A stretch of 64,000 nt of DNA from Octopus sinensis. Lineage: Eukaryota. Each line of letters starts with the position of its first letter. Within the stretch, counting starts at the first letter, position 1. Shown piece by piece: positions 22,093 to 34,402 of this stretch. The translations under genes and the position numbers were made by a program. The stretch spans positions 75,764,001 through 75,828,000 of the forward strand of contig NC_043000.1 in assembly GCF_006345805.1 (NCBI RefSeq). The letters run 5' to 3'. The notes below the pieces were generated by a model. The model did not search any database and was not told the origin of the DNA. It worked only from the letters and a program-made list of their open reading frames with translations.

Positions 22093-22494
22093 TATATATA
22101 CTATATATATATATATACTATATATATATATATATATATATACTATATATACATAAAAGATAAGTGAGATTCAGTTGAAAAAAGACTAATTATAAATGAA
22201 CCACAATCCTTTACAAGCTATGACCCTAACAAACTTCATACAGAAGTGTAGTATATTCTTAGCTACATTAGTAGCAAAATAGACTCTTTCCCTCTTCTTG
22301 CACTATTAGAGAATTTGAGTAAAATTATATTAATGTGTCCAACTGATTAAAATTTCTATTTATTTATGCAGCTTAGGATAGCCCTGCATTTAAATTGGTG
22401 TAAGGATTGCATTGTTCAATTTAATGGAGTCACTTGAAACAGTTGTACTGCATCACCTCTTGATATCCTGTTGCTTATTTTGATTATATATATG

Positions 22495-22680
22495 TGTCGG
22501 TGGCACATAAAATCACCCACTACACTCTCGGAGTGGTTGGCGTTAGGAAGGGCATCCAGCTGTAGAAACACTGCCAGATCTGACTGGCCTGGTGCAGCCT
22601 TCGGGCTCCCCAGACCCCAGTTGAACCATCCAACCCATGCTAGCATGGAAAGCGGACGTTAAACGATGATGATGATGATA
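22495..22680 (+). mobile_element. RTE 3' tail
   Basis: CACTACACTCTCGGAGTGGTTGGCGTTAGGAAGGGCATCCAGCTG...GTTAAACGATGATGATG. Confidence 0.8.
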
Positions 22681-22715
22681 TACATACATATATATACACA
22701 TATACATATATCCAC

Positions 22716-22778
<63 letters not shown>

Positions 22779-24919
22779 TATATATATACATACACATACA
22801 CATATATACATACATATATACTTGGAAATGGATGCGTGGCATTCAATTACATAATATTAATATAATATATATATAGGCATATATACATACATGTACATAC
22901 TGACATATATATGTACATATATATAAATATGACGGCCTCTGATGAACACGTGTTTTTCTAAGCTCCTAGAAAATTGCCAAGAAATTTCTGAAAAGTTGCG
23001 ATGGCTATTATAAATAAAACCCAAGAAAGCCTTGAATGTCTTCCTGAATGACAAAGTATACACTTGAGGAAATATAAAGTGAAATATATTAAGCAGGCAG
23101 AATCTTTTGCAAATGTAGGTATTATATACGTTGCAAATAACAACACGTAGATTTTACAAAATTTCTAAAATAACTGTGATTTTTGATCAGGAAAAAAAAA
23201 AATCATCTGAATAACTTTTGAGTGAAAACGTAACAAGACAAATTTAAAGAAAAACCATCTGGAATATATAGAAGGGAAAAACAGAAAAAGTAAAAGCCCT
23301 TACGAATATACAAAACGTAAATACTGTCTCGTATTGAGCAGCACATATAACTTGAAAAGAAGTTCAAAATCTTCCACTGCCTTGGAAATACCCTTCTCTT
23401 TGGAAAAACTAGATAAGTGTCTGTGTATTTTGTCATTTATTGAAGGCATATATTAGGGGAAAGTAGAAGGTTAAATTTACATAAAGTCTTTTCTCTGTTT
23501 TGCTTTTGACTTACAAGATTTTTGATTTTTGTAGAGAGGTTTAACTTTCATTACTCCTGATTTAAGAGAATTTCCGTAGTTACAGATAGGTATATATTTA
23601 TTTGTTCCTTTAATGATTTTTCCCTATCCAAGTAGAATCCTTTTCAAGAGTTTGCATAACTCTCTTTCTCTCTCTCTTCTCCATCATACCATCATTTCCC
23701 CTTTCATTATTGCCTCTCTCTAAATATGTAGACACACACTCTCTCTCTCTCTCTCTCTTTACTTCACTCCATCATCTCATAATTCTTCTCTCAGACTCTT
23801 AATCTCTCTTCTACTGTTTTCTCTCTCTATAAATAGGCGGTGGAAAGTTCCAAGGGGCTGTTGAAGAAAAGTGGGGTGATGATGGGGTAGCGATTCATGT
23901 AAAAATTGGGGTGATAATGGGGGGAAATTCATGTAAAGACAACAAAATAATGGGTTCATTAGGTTAAGTTTTATTTGTGAAATACAGTTGGTTTGAATTT
24001 GCTTCAGAAAGATGTCTTTGCTTGTGATGGTTAGTTGGATAGGGGGTGCTGGGAATGTGGCTTGGGTGTCAAGGGGGTCTCTCATTTTCAATATTCTGGG
24101 AAAACATGCCTGGCCATGGGGAAATATTGCCTCAGTTGGAAACAGGTGAGGGTTGGTAACAGGAGGGGCATCCAGCCATAGAAAATCAGCATCAATAAAC
24201 TCTGATCCATACAAGCATGGAAAAGTGTATGTTAAAATGATGATGATGCTGTTGATGAAATATTGGTAAGCTACAAACAGCTAAGTTTGACTGATTGAAC
24301 GATAAAGTTGTGGTTGTATGTGCATGTGTATGTATGGCCATGTGGGGATTTTAGCAGCAGCTTGTGATAGACCATGTGTTTATTTATTTATAATTTTAAG
24401 TATACTCCAGTTATTCAATAATTTTCACATTATAGAATTAGATCAAAGCAATCTACTTTAGCTGGTAATTAGCTAAAATCTGTTTGGTTTTTTTTTATCA
24501 TCTAATGAATGTGTATGTGTGTTCTGGATTTTGTCTTTGGAATATAGATGTAGAGTGGGAAGAGAGGATGGAAAGATGAGGGGGGAAAAAAATAAAAGTC
24601 AAGGGGAAATAGACCCCCACTCTTGCCTGTATCATCATCATCCTGTTAATGTTCACTTTCCCAAGTTCATATTAATTGGACAGAATTTGTTAAGGTGTAT
24701 TTTCTATGGCTGGATGCTTTTCTAATTGCCAACCTTCTCTTGTTTCCGATTGAAGTAGTATCTCTCCATGATCAGAAATGTTTTCGCAAAATATGAGAAG
24801 CGGTAAATCTCGGTATTAACCCTTTAGTGTTTAGATTACTGCATGCAAAGGAATGATATTTATCTGTTCACATTACTTTGAATTAATCATGCATTATCTT
24901 GTAGCTTTAAGTTTTTGAT

Positions 24920-25240
24920 GAAGACTGCAAACACCCGACAAATGAAGTGAGTTCATGGCTCACAGAACTGCCTGCTGTGCTAACCTTGGATCATAGAAAG
25001 ACCCGCTGTGCTTGAGGAGACCTATTGAGTCAAGTACGTCAACATCAACACCAAAATAAAAATCAAATGGAAATTGTAGTTATGATACCCGTGCCGGTGG
25101 CATGTAAAAAGCACCAACCGATCATGGCCGTTTTCCAGCCTACTCTGGCTCCTGTGCCAGTGCCACATAAAAAGCACCCACTATACTCACGGAGTGGTTG
25201 GCATTAGGAAGGGCATCCAGCTGTAGAAAACCTGCCAGAT
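24920..25240 (+). mobile_element. RTE 3' UTR fragment
   Basis: GTGCCGGTGGCA hairpin units and the GGCATTAGGAAGGGCATCCAGCTGTAG tail. Confidence 0.7.
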
Positions 25241-25629
25241 CAGACAAACACACTCTCTCTTTCTCTTTTTCTTTACTTTTCTCCATCGCACCGTTCTTCT
25301 CTCAGCCCCTCAAACTCCTTAAATATAGTATATATATGTATATATATATGTGTGTGTGTATTGACACACTCTTTCTCTCTTTTCTCTATTTTTCACTTCT
25401 CTCTAACACAGTCTTTCTTCTCTCAGTCAGACCCTCAACCTCTATTATAAGTACATACCCCCTCTCTCTCTGTCTCTTCACTTCTCTCTGTCACACTGTC
25501 TTTCTTCTCTCAGCCTCTCAATCTGCCTAAATATAGACACAAACATTCTCTCTCTCACTCTCTCTCTCTTTTTCTTCCTCTCTTCTCTCAGCCGCTCAAT
25601 CTCTCTAAATATATAGACACACTGTTAAC

Positions 25630-28600
25630 TTTTTAAAAAATAAATAGATAAATAAATAAAATATCCATAAAAATGTCCAGAACTTGGAGGAGCATGGAAA
25701 TGGCATTGTTTTTGAGAGCTTGGCGCTGTGCTGAAGGAGATAACCCAAACAACATAATCACAGCTGCGCTGAAGAGCAATGGTTACACCAGAACATTAGC
25801 ACAGATAGAACGAAAGAAGCATGAGTTTACACGCGCCTATGCTCTCATACAATCCCATAAAAGCACTCTTGATGCCATCTTTGATAATGAACAAAGCAAA
25901 GATGACAAGGACGAAGGCACGGATGCAGATGAAAGATGTCACCCCCACCTGGTAGACACTCAAGAAAACAAAGAAGATTCAAGCGAGAAACCTGCCCGGA
26001 AAGTAAACCCAAGTGCAAGTGCCCCTACCAGCATCAAAACAAAAATCCATGGAGGTGAAAGAGCCAAGAAAGAAGAACTAAAAGAAGAAAAAACTAATAG
26101 AAAAACAAAAGATGAAACAGCCAAGGAAAGAAGCAAACCTGACTATCCATATAACAAAAAGGATAAAAAGAGACAGCACACACGAATGTGCAAATTCTAC
26201 CTGAAAGGTGTCTGCTGGCATGGAGAAGACGGTGCAGGCTGCCGTTTTGCACACCAAAGACCATGCCACATAAACATGAAACAGGGTGGAAACCATCTGC
26301 CAAAGGAAAGGACTATGTACTACCTGCCCCACAACAGAGGTACGCAGATGTAGTGCATGCTACAAACCAAATCTATCAACATGTTATTGAAAGGGCAGCT
26401 GCTGAACAACAATCTTTTTTGTGCATGGCACAAAAGATTGTACGGCAGCTGACCTGGCTCCATCAATCTCACAGACAGGACTATTCACAATACACAAGAC
26501 CACGACAGCAAACAGACCCAAGGTGGGCACCACTAGCAACAACACAGACATCACATCGGTGCTCATACTGAACATCAGAGGACTGCTAACACTCAGTAAC
26601 AGGACAAAAATCCCTTTCTTGAGAGAAATTGTTGCATGCAATCAAGCTTTATGCATAGCACTTACGGAAACACACCTTAAACCAAATATAGCAAATGCAG
26701 AATACACATACCACAGTATGTTGTATTATGGACCGACAAGAAAGAAAGGTGTCATGGTGGAGTTTCTATGTACATCCGCAAAGACCTCACACCCCAGGTC
26801 CCTTTGTCACACTCAAATTCAGTATGTGACATACTAATTGTACATATAAGACAACTCGATGTAGTTATATGTGCTACATATCACCCTCCAGATGCTCCAA
26901 ATCATGTAAGCAAGTTTGAAGACTGCCTTACAAAAATAGAAGTTCTAGTCACATTAGCACAACACAGGAATGACACGATGTGAACAAGGACAGGTGATGT
27001 CCCTCCTGAACTTCATCAACACTTTGTACATGGAACAAATAGTACTCCAACCAACCAGGGCAGGTAACATACTGGATCTCTGCTTCACAAATAATATGGA
27101 TCTCATCCATAATGTGAAAGTGACACTGATGCTATTCTGGGATCACAACATGGTAGAGCTGACCAAAGGAAAGCATGGACATTTAGCCTACAAGAAACTC
27201 TCAGGATCTTTCCAGCTTGAACTTCCATAAGACAAACTGGAAACAAATTGAGAAAGAGATCCTCTAACAAAACTGGCCTAAATGTCTCTACTCACTTGAC
27301 ATCGACATGAAACTTCAACAATTCATGTCTGTAATGTAAGCCATATGCTACAAATGTGTCCCAGAGAGAAAGGCCACTGTACACAAGAACAAAATCACAA
27401 ACAAATTGAAAGCAGTGAAGAGTCCCGCCTGAAAATACAACTGCTGGAGATTGAGAAAAATCTGCAACTCTCCCATGAAAAAGAAAGAGCAGACAAAGAA
27501 TCTTGGGCTATAGACAATATAAAATCTAACCCCAGAGCTTTCTACAAGTTTGCCAAAGAAACAGCTTCGGTGCACTGCAGGATAGGGCCACTCCTCGAAA
27601 AAGATGGTACACTCACAGGAAATCCAATGAGAATAAGTGAAATACTAAATGAGCAATTCAAAAGTATTTTCACTCCACCCCTAGGGCACTTGCAAGTCAG
27701 CAATCCAACTGACTTCTTTACCACTGCAGATACAAAAAACAGAGGCAATGATGATTGATTACATCAATATAAAGGAAGATGATGTAATAAGGGCTATAGA
27801 TGAAATGAACCCAAACTCAGCTACTGGCCCTGCTTGATTCCCAGCAATCCTTCTAAAAGTATGTAAGCGAGTCCTAGCAAGACCACAGCAGTCCCTCTTT
27901 CAGAGCTTCCTTGCAACTGGCAAACTTCCAAGAAAACTGAAGGCGGGGTAAAATATGCCCATTTCATAAAGGAGGTAGCAGAGTGGAGGCCAAGAACTAT
28001 AGACCTATCTCTCTGACCTCACACATCAGCATGGTCATGGATGAATAGTCAGAAGAAAACTAATCGCCTTCCTTGAAGAAAATAACTTGCTGCCTGACAC
28101 CCAACATGGTTTCTGACCAGGAACAAGCTGCCTAACTCAGCTCTTACAACACTATGACTGGGTGCTGAAACAGCTGCTCAACCACTTGAATGTGGAAGTG
28201 ATATATCTCGACTTTGCAAAGGCCTTTGATAAAGTCAATCATGGAATGATATGTCACAAACTGCGTGATATTGGCATAACTGGAAAATAGAGAGAATGGC
28301 TTCATGACTTTCTGAAGGATAGAAGTCAGGTGGTAGTAGCCAATAGGACCACCCACAATGACACGTAAATAGTGAGCAGTGTTCCACATGAGTAATGATC
28401 CAACCTTTTATGTGCCTGTTGCTGAATTGGCAATGAAATGCAGGCGGCTGACCAGATAGATTCTTAGAACTTTTAGAACAAGAGACCAGGAAACTATGAT
28501 GGTCCTCTGGAGGACACTTGTCCTAAGCCACTTTGACTATTGCTCTCAGCTATGGTCACCAACCAGTGTTAAATTAATCTCAGAACTTGAGACAATCCAA

Positions 28601-29045
28601 CGAAGCCACATGAAGAAAATAGCCTCTATGCAGCATAGAAGCTATTGGGAAAGACTCAAGAGATTAAGACTCTATTCCTTAGAGCATAGATGAGAATGAT
28701 ATGCCATAATATACATCTGGAAGATCATGGAAGGACTTGTCCTAAACTTTGGCATCAAAAGTTACACAAATACTAGAACTGGGTGCCACTGCAAAGTGCC
28801 AAGGACTCCAAATTTGCCATCAAGATGTAGGACAAGATACTGCAATAGCCTGGGCTTCAGAGGTCCACAGCCCTTCAATATCAACCCGAAGGACCCGAGA
28901 GACCTGCATGGGGTGGATGTAGGTGTCTTCAACATAAAGCTGGACCTCTTCCTGTCAGGTGTCCCAGATGAACCAACTTCGCGGCAGGAGGTGCAGATGT
29001 GGGCAGCTGCATCAAACTCTCTCGTACACCAAATGTCAATTGCTA
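25630..29045 (+). mobile_element. CR1/L2-group (Jockey superfamily) LINE, near full-length but decayed; RT core deleted
   Basis: ORF1 at 25673; APE motifs LNIRGL, ALTETHL, YHPP, GNILDLCFT, DHNMV; RT YRPISLTSH, QHGF, YLDFAKAFDKV, FL.DRSQ; C-terminal SYWERL..LYSLE. Confidence 0.85.
25673..26353 (+). CDS. LINE ORF1: N-terminal Myb/SANT(trihelix)-like domain, charged linker, CCCH zinc finger (frameshifted afterwards)
   Basis: W-x3-E-x3-F-x3-W...I-x3-L-x3-GY-x-RT-x2-Q-x3-K-x7-Y; C-x7-C-x8-C-x3-H (CKFYLKGVCWHGEDGAGCRFAH). Confidence 0.65.
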   Translation: MSRTWRSMEMALFLRAWRCAEGDNPNNIITAALKSNGYTRTLAQIERKKHEFTRAYALIQSHKSTLDAIFDNEQSKDDKDEGTDADERCHPHLVDTQENKEDSSEKPARKVNPSASAPTSIKTKIHGGERAKKEELKEEKTNRKTKDETAKERSKPDYPYNKKDKKRQHTRMCKFYLKGVCWHGEDGAGCRFAHQRPCHINMKQGGNHLPKERTMYYLPHNRGTQM

Positions 29046-29403
29046 AAAAGCATATATATATACACACACACACATACATACTATCTGATATACAGAAATA
29101 GTGTAAATGAGATTACTACGCAGCAGCTCTTCTCAGACTCTTAACTAATATCCACTTTCGTTTAGTAGCAATTCTCCACATGTAAACCCTTGCTAACAAA
29201 TGCTACTGTTGCAGAGGACACGTTTATTGATTGTATAGAAAATACTCACTAATTTTGACAATATCTTTTCAATTATACTTTTGTTTATTTTTTATAATTT
29301 ACTTCCCTAGGTGGTATATATTTAGCTTTGATTAGCAATTCACACTTTGAAATCTCTTCTTTTTGTTATGATTGTAGTTTTGAAGCATTTATCAACATTA
29401 CAC

Positions 29404-30437
29404 TTAACTCTTTCGTTACTATATTTCTGACCAAAATATGTGTTTCAATTAATTTCTAACGTAATCATAAATTTAGTCTGGTTTCATTAAACAACTATAA
29501 CTTTTTTTATTTATCAATATATTAACATGAATTTTGGAAGATAATTTAATGAAATGTTCTCAACCAATTCTATACTATAATTTTTGTCACAAAGTGACTC
29601 TAATTGCAGGTAGATACAGGTAAATTCAACAATATATAAAATTATTAAAATTTTGTTCAAACATCGCTATAGAAAATGGGTTATTAGCTAATATTCAATT
29701 GAGTATACAACAAAATTTTACGATAGAATTTGTTATTCTGGGTAACTTTCTGATACCCATAATAATATTTATAGCAAAATAGGCCTTAATTTCATTTAAG
29801 GTTGTGGGAAATAACTAACTATCCTTTCTTTTGCTTTGTTTACGTTTAGCGTAACGGTTCGTTTCCGCCGTAATGATTTCAAATAGGCTCATTCGAAAAA
29901 GTAAAAAGAAATAGTCTAAGGCTTTACTCTTCTGGGAAAGTCTGTGGCTTGGTCCAGTTTCTTCAGAAAAATCACCGAAAGAAACAGTTTTTAAATTTTC
30001 ACTCCATTCAGGTGCCAATTCATTTTCTTTATCGCTGTCGGAGCACTCGGATTCACTGTTTTCACTTTCGGAAAATGAAACATCAGATTCATTATCAAAT
30101 ACCACATGCTTTTTTTTTTCAGTCATAGAGTTAGATTTATGAAGGTCTTCAGTAGAAAATCCTTCGAATTCTGACTTGCTGCTTGATATAATGAAATTCC
30201 TATCAATTTTTTGTCAGAATTACAAATTTTGAAAACACAATAGGAACAAATTTCGGAAAAAAATCTCCCATAATTCACGGAATTAAAATTACACTTCGAT
30301 TTTTGTACAAAACTGTAGTTGAACTGTTTACGAAGTATAATACGTGTTTTCACGAATGTACTAAAGAGATTTACTCTGATATTCTCATTTAAATATGAAT
30401 AGGTAAATTCGGGCGGTTTGGGGCGGCTTGGTCACAT
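29404..30437 (-). mobile_element. piggyBac-derived internally deleted element retaining the transposase N-terminus
   Basis: TTAA-CTCTTTCGTTAC end at 29404; ORF 29815-30126 acidic N-terminus + F..ETGP...LDYFFLLF..LFEII..ETNRYA; other end decayed (GGTCACA-TTAA). Confidence 0.7.
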
Positions 30438-31104
30438 TAACAAAATTTATTATAAAAATTAACATTTAAATAAAAGACAAAGAATATAAAGCTATAAATG
30501 CATTATTATCTTCCCCACTGCCCTCTGTAGCTATAAAAAAATTTCCATTATTCTTCCCAGTGTCACCCAGTAGAGAAAGCTACACAGTGCACCCAATGTA
30601 AGCTAAGGATACACAAGAGAAGTAGTGAGTTTACAGGCAGACTGATAAAGACTGTGTGTAGCAGATGCATAAGAGTAGTTAGTAGTAAAAGCACTACCTT
30701 TTGCTCCTCATGAATTGAATGGTCTTCTGAAATCATCCCGCTATATATAAGTTCTCTCATTGCCCCATAAACTATATAACCAATATTTAAACCCTTAATC
30801 TAAATCTAGCACTAATATGACATTTCCTAAGAACTTAAGAGAACATCTGGATATGGAAGTGATAGTATGTAAGATTATCAATAGTTATAATGCTTTGGCA
30901 AAAAGCAATAGAGATAAAGATCATTTTAATAGATTCAACAAAATAATTACCAATAATATAAGAGAAAGTCAAGTCTTTAAATGCCTTAATTACAAAATAA
31001 ATGGAGTTTGTGTCCTGTCACGAGGAACTTGATCAGAGTTTATTTTAATACCCAACTTTTACACTCATTCATTTTTACTACATACCAATGTAATTTGCAA
31101 GATA

Positions 31105-31345
31105 GGCGTGCTAAGCAGTGACATGTACAAATGCAATGTTATTTCCATTTCAAATATGCCAGTGGCAGATTCACTCCAAAATGCTTGCATCTCACAGTCT
31201 GGATAGGTGGTGCTGCAAGCTAATTTAGGTGTATTTACATCATTTGTTTACAGCAAAAAATTTTCTCCATGACAAAACAATGACTGGCTTGTTTATGAGT
31301 TCGAACTACTACTGCCATATTCAAACTGATAACATTGCAATGTAA
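31105..31345. mobile_element. Decayed copy of the palindromic MITE family seen at 36759-37136
   Basis: TGCAATGTTA...TAACATTGCA ends; interior matches the right arm of the 37 kb copy (ACTCCAAAATGCT...TTCTCCATGACAAAAC). Confidence 0.65.
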
Positions 31346-32570
31346 TTTGCCTTCTCTGAACTGTAAACTTTTAATATCCATCTCTCACATCAATGAAATG
31401 ATGTGAGTGAACTTGTATTAAACAAGGTCATTATAAAAACATAGTAAAGAGTACAATGAATGTATTTAGTCAATTTAGAACATCAAGTAGAGAGAAGTTT
31501 CTTTCCATATATTTATAGGAAATAACAATTTAGACAGAGTGAGGAAACAAAAGGTGGAAAAGTGAAAGAAGTTGAGATGACAAGAAAAATTTAGGGATAG
31601 TCATTGTTAAACCGAAGGTCAATTCCGATCAAACAAACCTATGATGAAAGAAGTTGCAGATAACATCATCCAGTTTTTCTTTTCAGAAGTCAGTAGGACT
31701 ATATTATCTAATGTGTTAAGGAAAAGTCCTTAAGAGGGCTGGGTGCAAATTTGAAATAGATGTGACTGCTATTTCTAGTAGAGAAAGCAATTGCATTGAG
31801 GCTCGGGGAGAAAAAGAAGGATTGGAAGAGAGATGAAGGAGGAAAAAGAAGTTAAAAACAGGAGAAAGAAAACAATAGAAACATTTAGATCTGAACAGTA
31901 AACTGAAAACAAAATAGTTGAATCCTTTAGCATTCAGATTATTCTGTCAAATGTTATGCTTATTTATTCACATTCTTTTGAATTAATCATTCCTTATCTC
32001 ATAGCTTCAAGACCTTTGTTTTTGTGATTGCTTACTTTTAAAATGTCATTATAGGGTTGGTGTGAGAGACCAGATCTGACTGGTTTGAACTTAAAACATA
32101 GACTATTTGGGCTGGATATAGCCAGTTTAAATGCTGAAGGAACTGCTTCATTAAATATTGTAATGTCTACTATAGATCTGACTGGGCTGAGCTGACTAGG
32201 GACATACAACAACATCAGTGATTCACTAAATACTATCTCACACTCAATTCAAATTGTGCTAGTAAAATAAAAACCAGTAATATCCTAGGATAGAGTCAGT
32301 TCTGTATACCTGTCACCCTAAACCAAAATAGGCTGTCTAATGAAATATTTACTACTACTACTACTACTGAGAAAATTAATACAAAGCCTAATGTGGACTA
32401 TCTGAAAACTTGAGTGTTTTAAACAGCATACAGTATATTATTTAAACTGGTCCAGCACAGTTTTTTAATCTGTACCATAGAGAAGTAACCTGTGTGCATA
32501 TGTGTTTGTGTGTGTGTGTGTGTGCATGTATGTATGTGTGCACGCAAAATTATGTTTGTATGTATATGTA

Positions 32571-32621
<51 letters not shown>

Positions 32622-32659
32622 TAGCATGGAAAACGAATGCTAAACGATGATGATGATAA

Positions 32660-33281
32660 TATAAATTGGATATGGGCGATCGTTGTATTCTTTCTTGTCT
32701 TGAGGTTCACAGCCAAACGGCTGGGTGGATTCATGTGAAAAATGGCACACATATGCAGACGGGTGTATACATTGGAATGTGGTTTTATTTTTTTCCTAGC
32801 CCCCATACTTACTGAGAAAATGGATTAAAACTTTTTCGAATGGAATTCCCGTTTGTTCCGCCATTGAAACAACCAGTTACTCACACAGCCGGCATATACC
32901 ATTTCACTAGCAACAAGGGGAGTACAGGATGACAGTCAGCCAAAACTTTAGCTATGCTGTCTCTCTTCTTCTTCTCTCACATACACACACGCACGCACAC
33001 ACATACACTTGCACACACACACACACACACATCCATTTCATATACCTTCTTTCAATTTCTGTTCTTAGCAAATAATATTTTTTACGGATACAACTATTTA
33101 CAAAAATAGGGATTAATATATAATGTCTTTCTGTGTTCATAATTAAATCAATGTTTTAATGATTACACAGAGGTCCAATACAATAGTTCTCAGAAACAGA
33201 CTACGTACAAATACGTCAATCATCACGACACACACGTTCACATCATCCAAACAGACTGGATGAAACCGGGCTTAGCTGCTA

Positions 33282-33283
<2 letters not shown>
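32660..33283 (-). mobile_element. Helitron/HINE-like element
   Basis: Minus strand starts ACTAGCAGCTAAGCCCGG and ends ...CATGAATCCACCCAGCCGTTTGGCTGTG...TTTATATTAT. Confidence 0.5.
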
Positions 33284-33319
<36 letters not shown>

Positions 33320-33326
<7 letters not shown>

Positions 33327-33640
33327 AATTGAGCATCGAGCTTATGATCATCAGGTTGTGAGTTCGAATCCAGTACCTGGCTGCTTGTTGTGTTCTTGAG
33401 CAAGACACTTTATTTTACGTTGCTCCAGTTCACTCAGCTGTAGAAATGAGTTGTGATATCACAGGTGCCAAGCTGTATCGGCCTTTGCCTTTCTCTTGGA
33501 TAACACTGGTGGCATGGAGAGGGGAGGCCGGTATGCATGGCAACTGCTGGTCTTCCATAAACAACCTTGCCCGGACTTGTGCCTGGGAGGGTAACTTTCT
33601 AGGTGCAATCCCATGGTCAGTCATGACAGAAGGGGGTCTC
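33320..33640 (+). mobile_element. tRNA-derived SINE family C
   Basis: B-box GAGTTCGAATCC followed by the TTGAGCAAGACACTT core-like motif. Confidence 0.65.
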
Positions 33641-33665
33641 AGCCTATATATATATATACACACAA

Positions 33666-33876
33666 ATATTCTATAATTATAAACATAATTATAACCAGGG
33701 GTCAGCTAATTACTTCACCATGCACCAAATTTAGAAATAGGAGTTAAAATGCCTTTTCTGCTACCATAGAGATCTCCCAGACAAAAAAGAAAAAATAAAG
33801 TAAGTAATATTTACTTACTTATTTCCCAGCAATTAGCTGACCTCTGATTATAATTATGTTTATAATTATAGAATAT
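33666..33876. mobile_element. MITE with 46-bp TIRs
   Basis: 33666-33711 versus 33831-33876 inverted, 2 mismatches. Confidence 0.7.
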
Positions 33877-33965
33877 CTGTATAATTTTACCTAAAAAGGA
33901 TATTTTAATGTACCAAACTACTTGGTAAAATTATTAATTAATTGATTAATTTTACCCATTTATTT

Positions 33966-33999
<34 letters not shown>

Positions 34000-34019
34000 T
34001 GTATGTAGGTAGGTATCTA

Positions 34020-34402
34020 TTCTTTTACTCTTAATTGTTTCAGTCACTTGACTGCAGCCATGCTGGAGCACCACCTTTAGTCAAACAAACTGACCCCAAG
34101 ATTTATTGTTTGTACTTATCCTATCAGTCTCTTTTGCTGAACCACTAAGTTACAGGGAACGCAAACATACCAACATCAATTGTTAAGCAATGGTGGGGGA
34201 AGAAATACAAACATATATACACACACATATATATATGTATATACAACAGGCTTCTTTCAGTTTCCATCAACCAAATCCACTCACAGGACTTTGATCAGCC
34301 CGAGGCCATAGAAGACACTTGCCCAATGTGCCATGCAGTGGGACTAAACCCAGGACCATGTGGTTGGTAATCAAGCTACATACCACACAGCTACTCCTAC
34401 GC
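34020..34402 (-). mobile_element. SINE family A, full length
   Basis: Reverse complement of the 14416-14844 family. Confidence 0.85.

Noticed and set aside
22371-22398. Plus-strand micro-exon LRIALHLNW between TTATGCAG and GTAAGG
   Set aside because: Isolated, with no supporting neighbouring exons.
22939-22990. CTGATGA hammerhead-like heptamer
   Set aside because: The downstream GAAA is buried inside the only hairpin; no stem II/III register.
22900-23640. Possible DNA transposon interior
   Set aside because: No TIR, TSD or coding motif could be identified.
29250-29306. AG/GTGAGT-bounded 57-nt open frame GSKIIKINKSIIEKILSKL (minus)
   Set aside because: A-rich low-complexity sequence, weak acceptor, no linkable neighbours.
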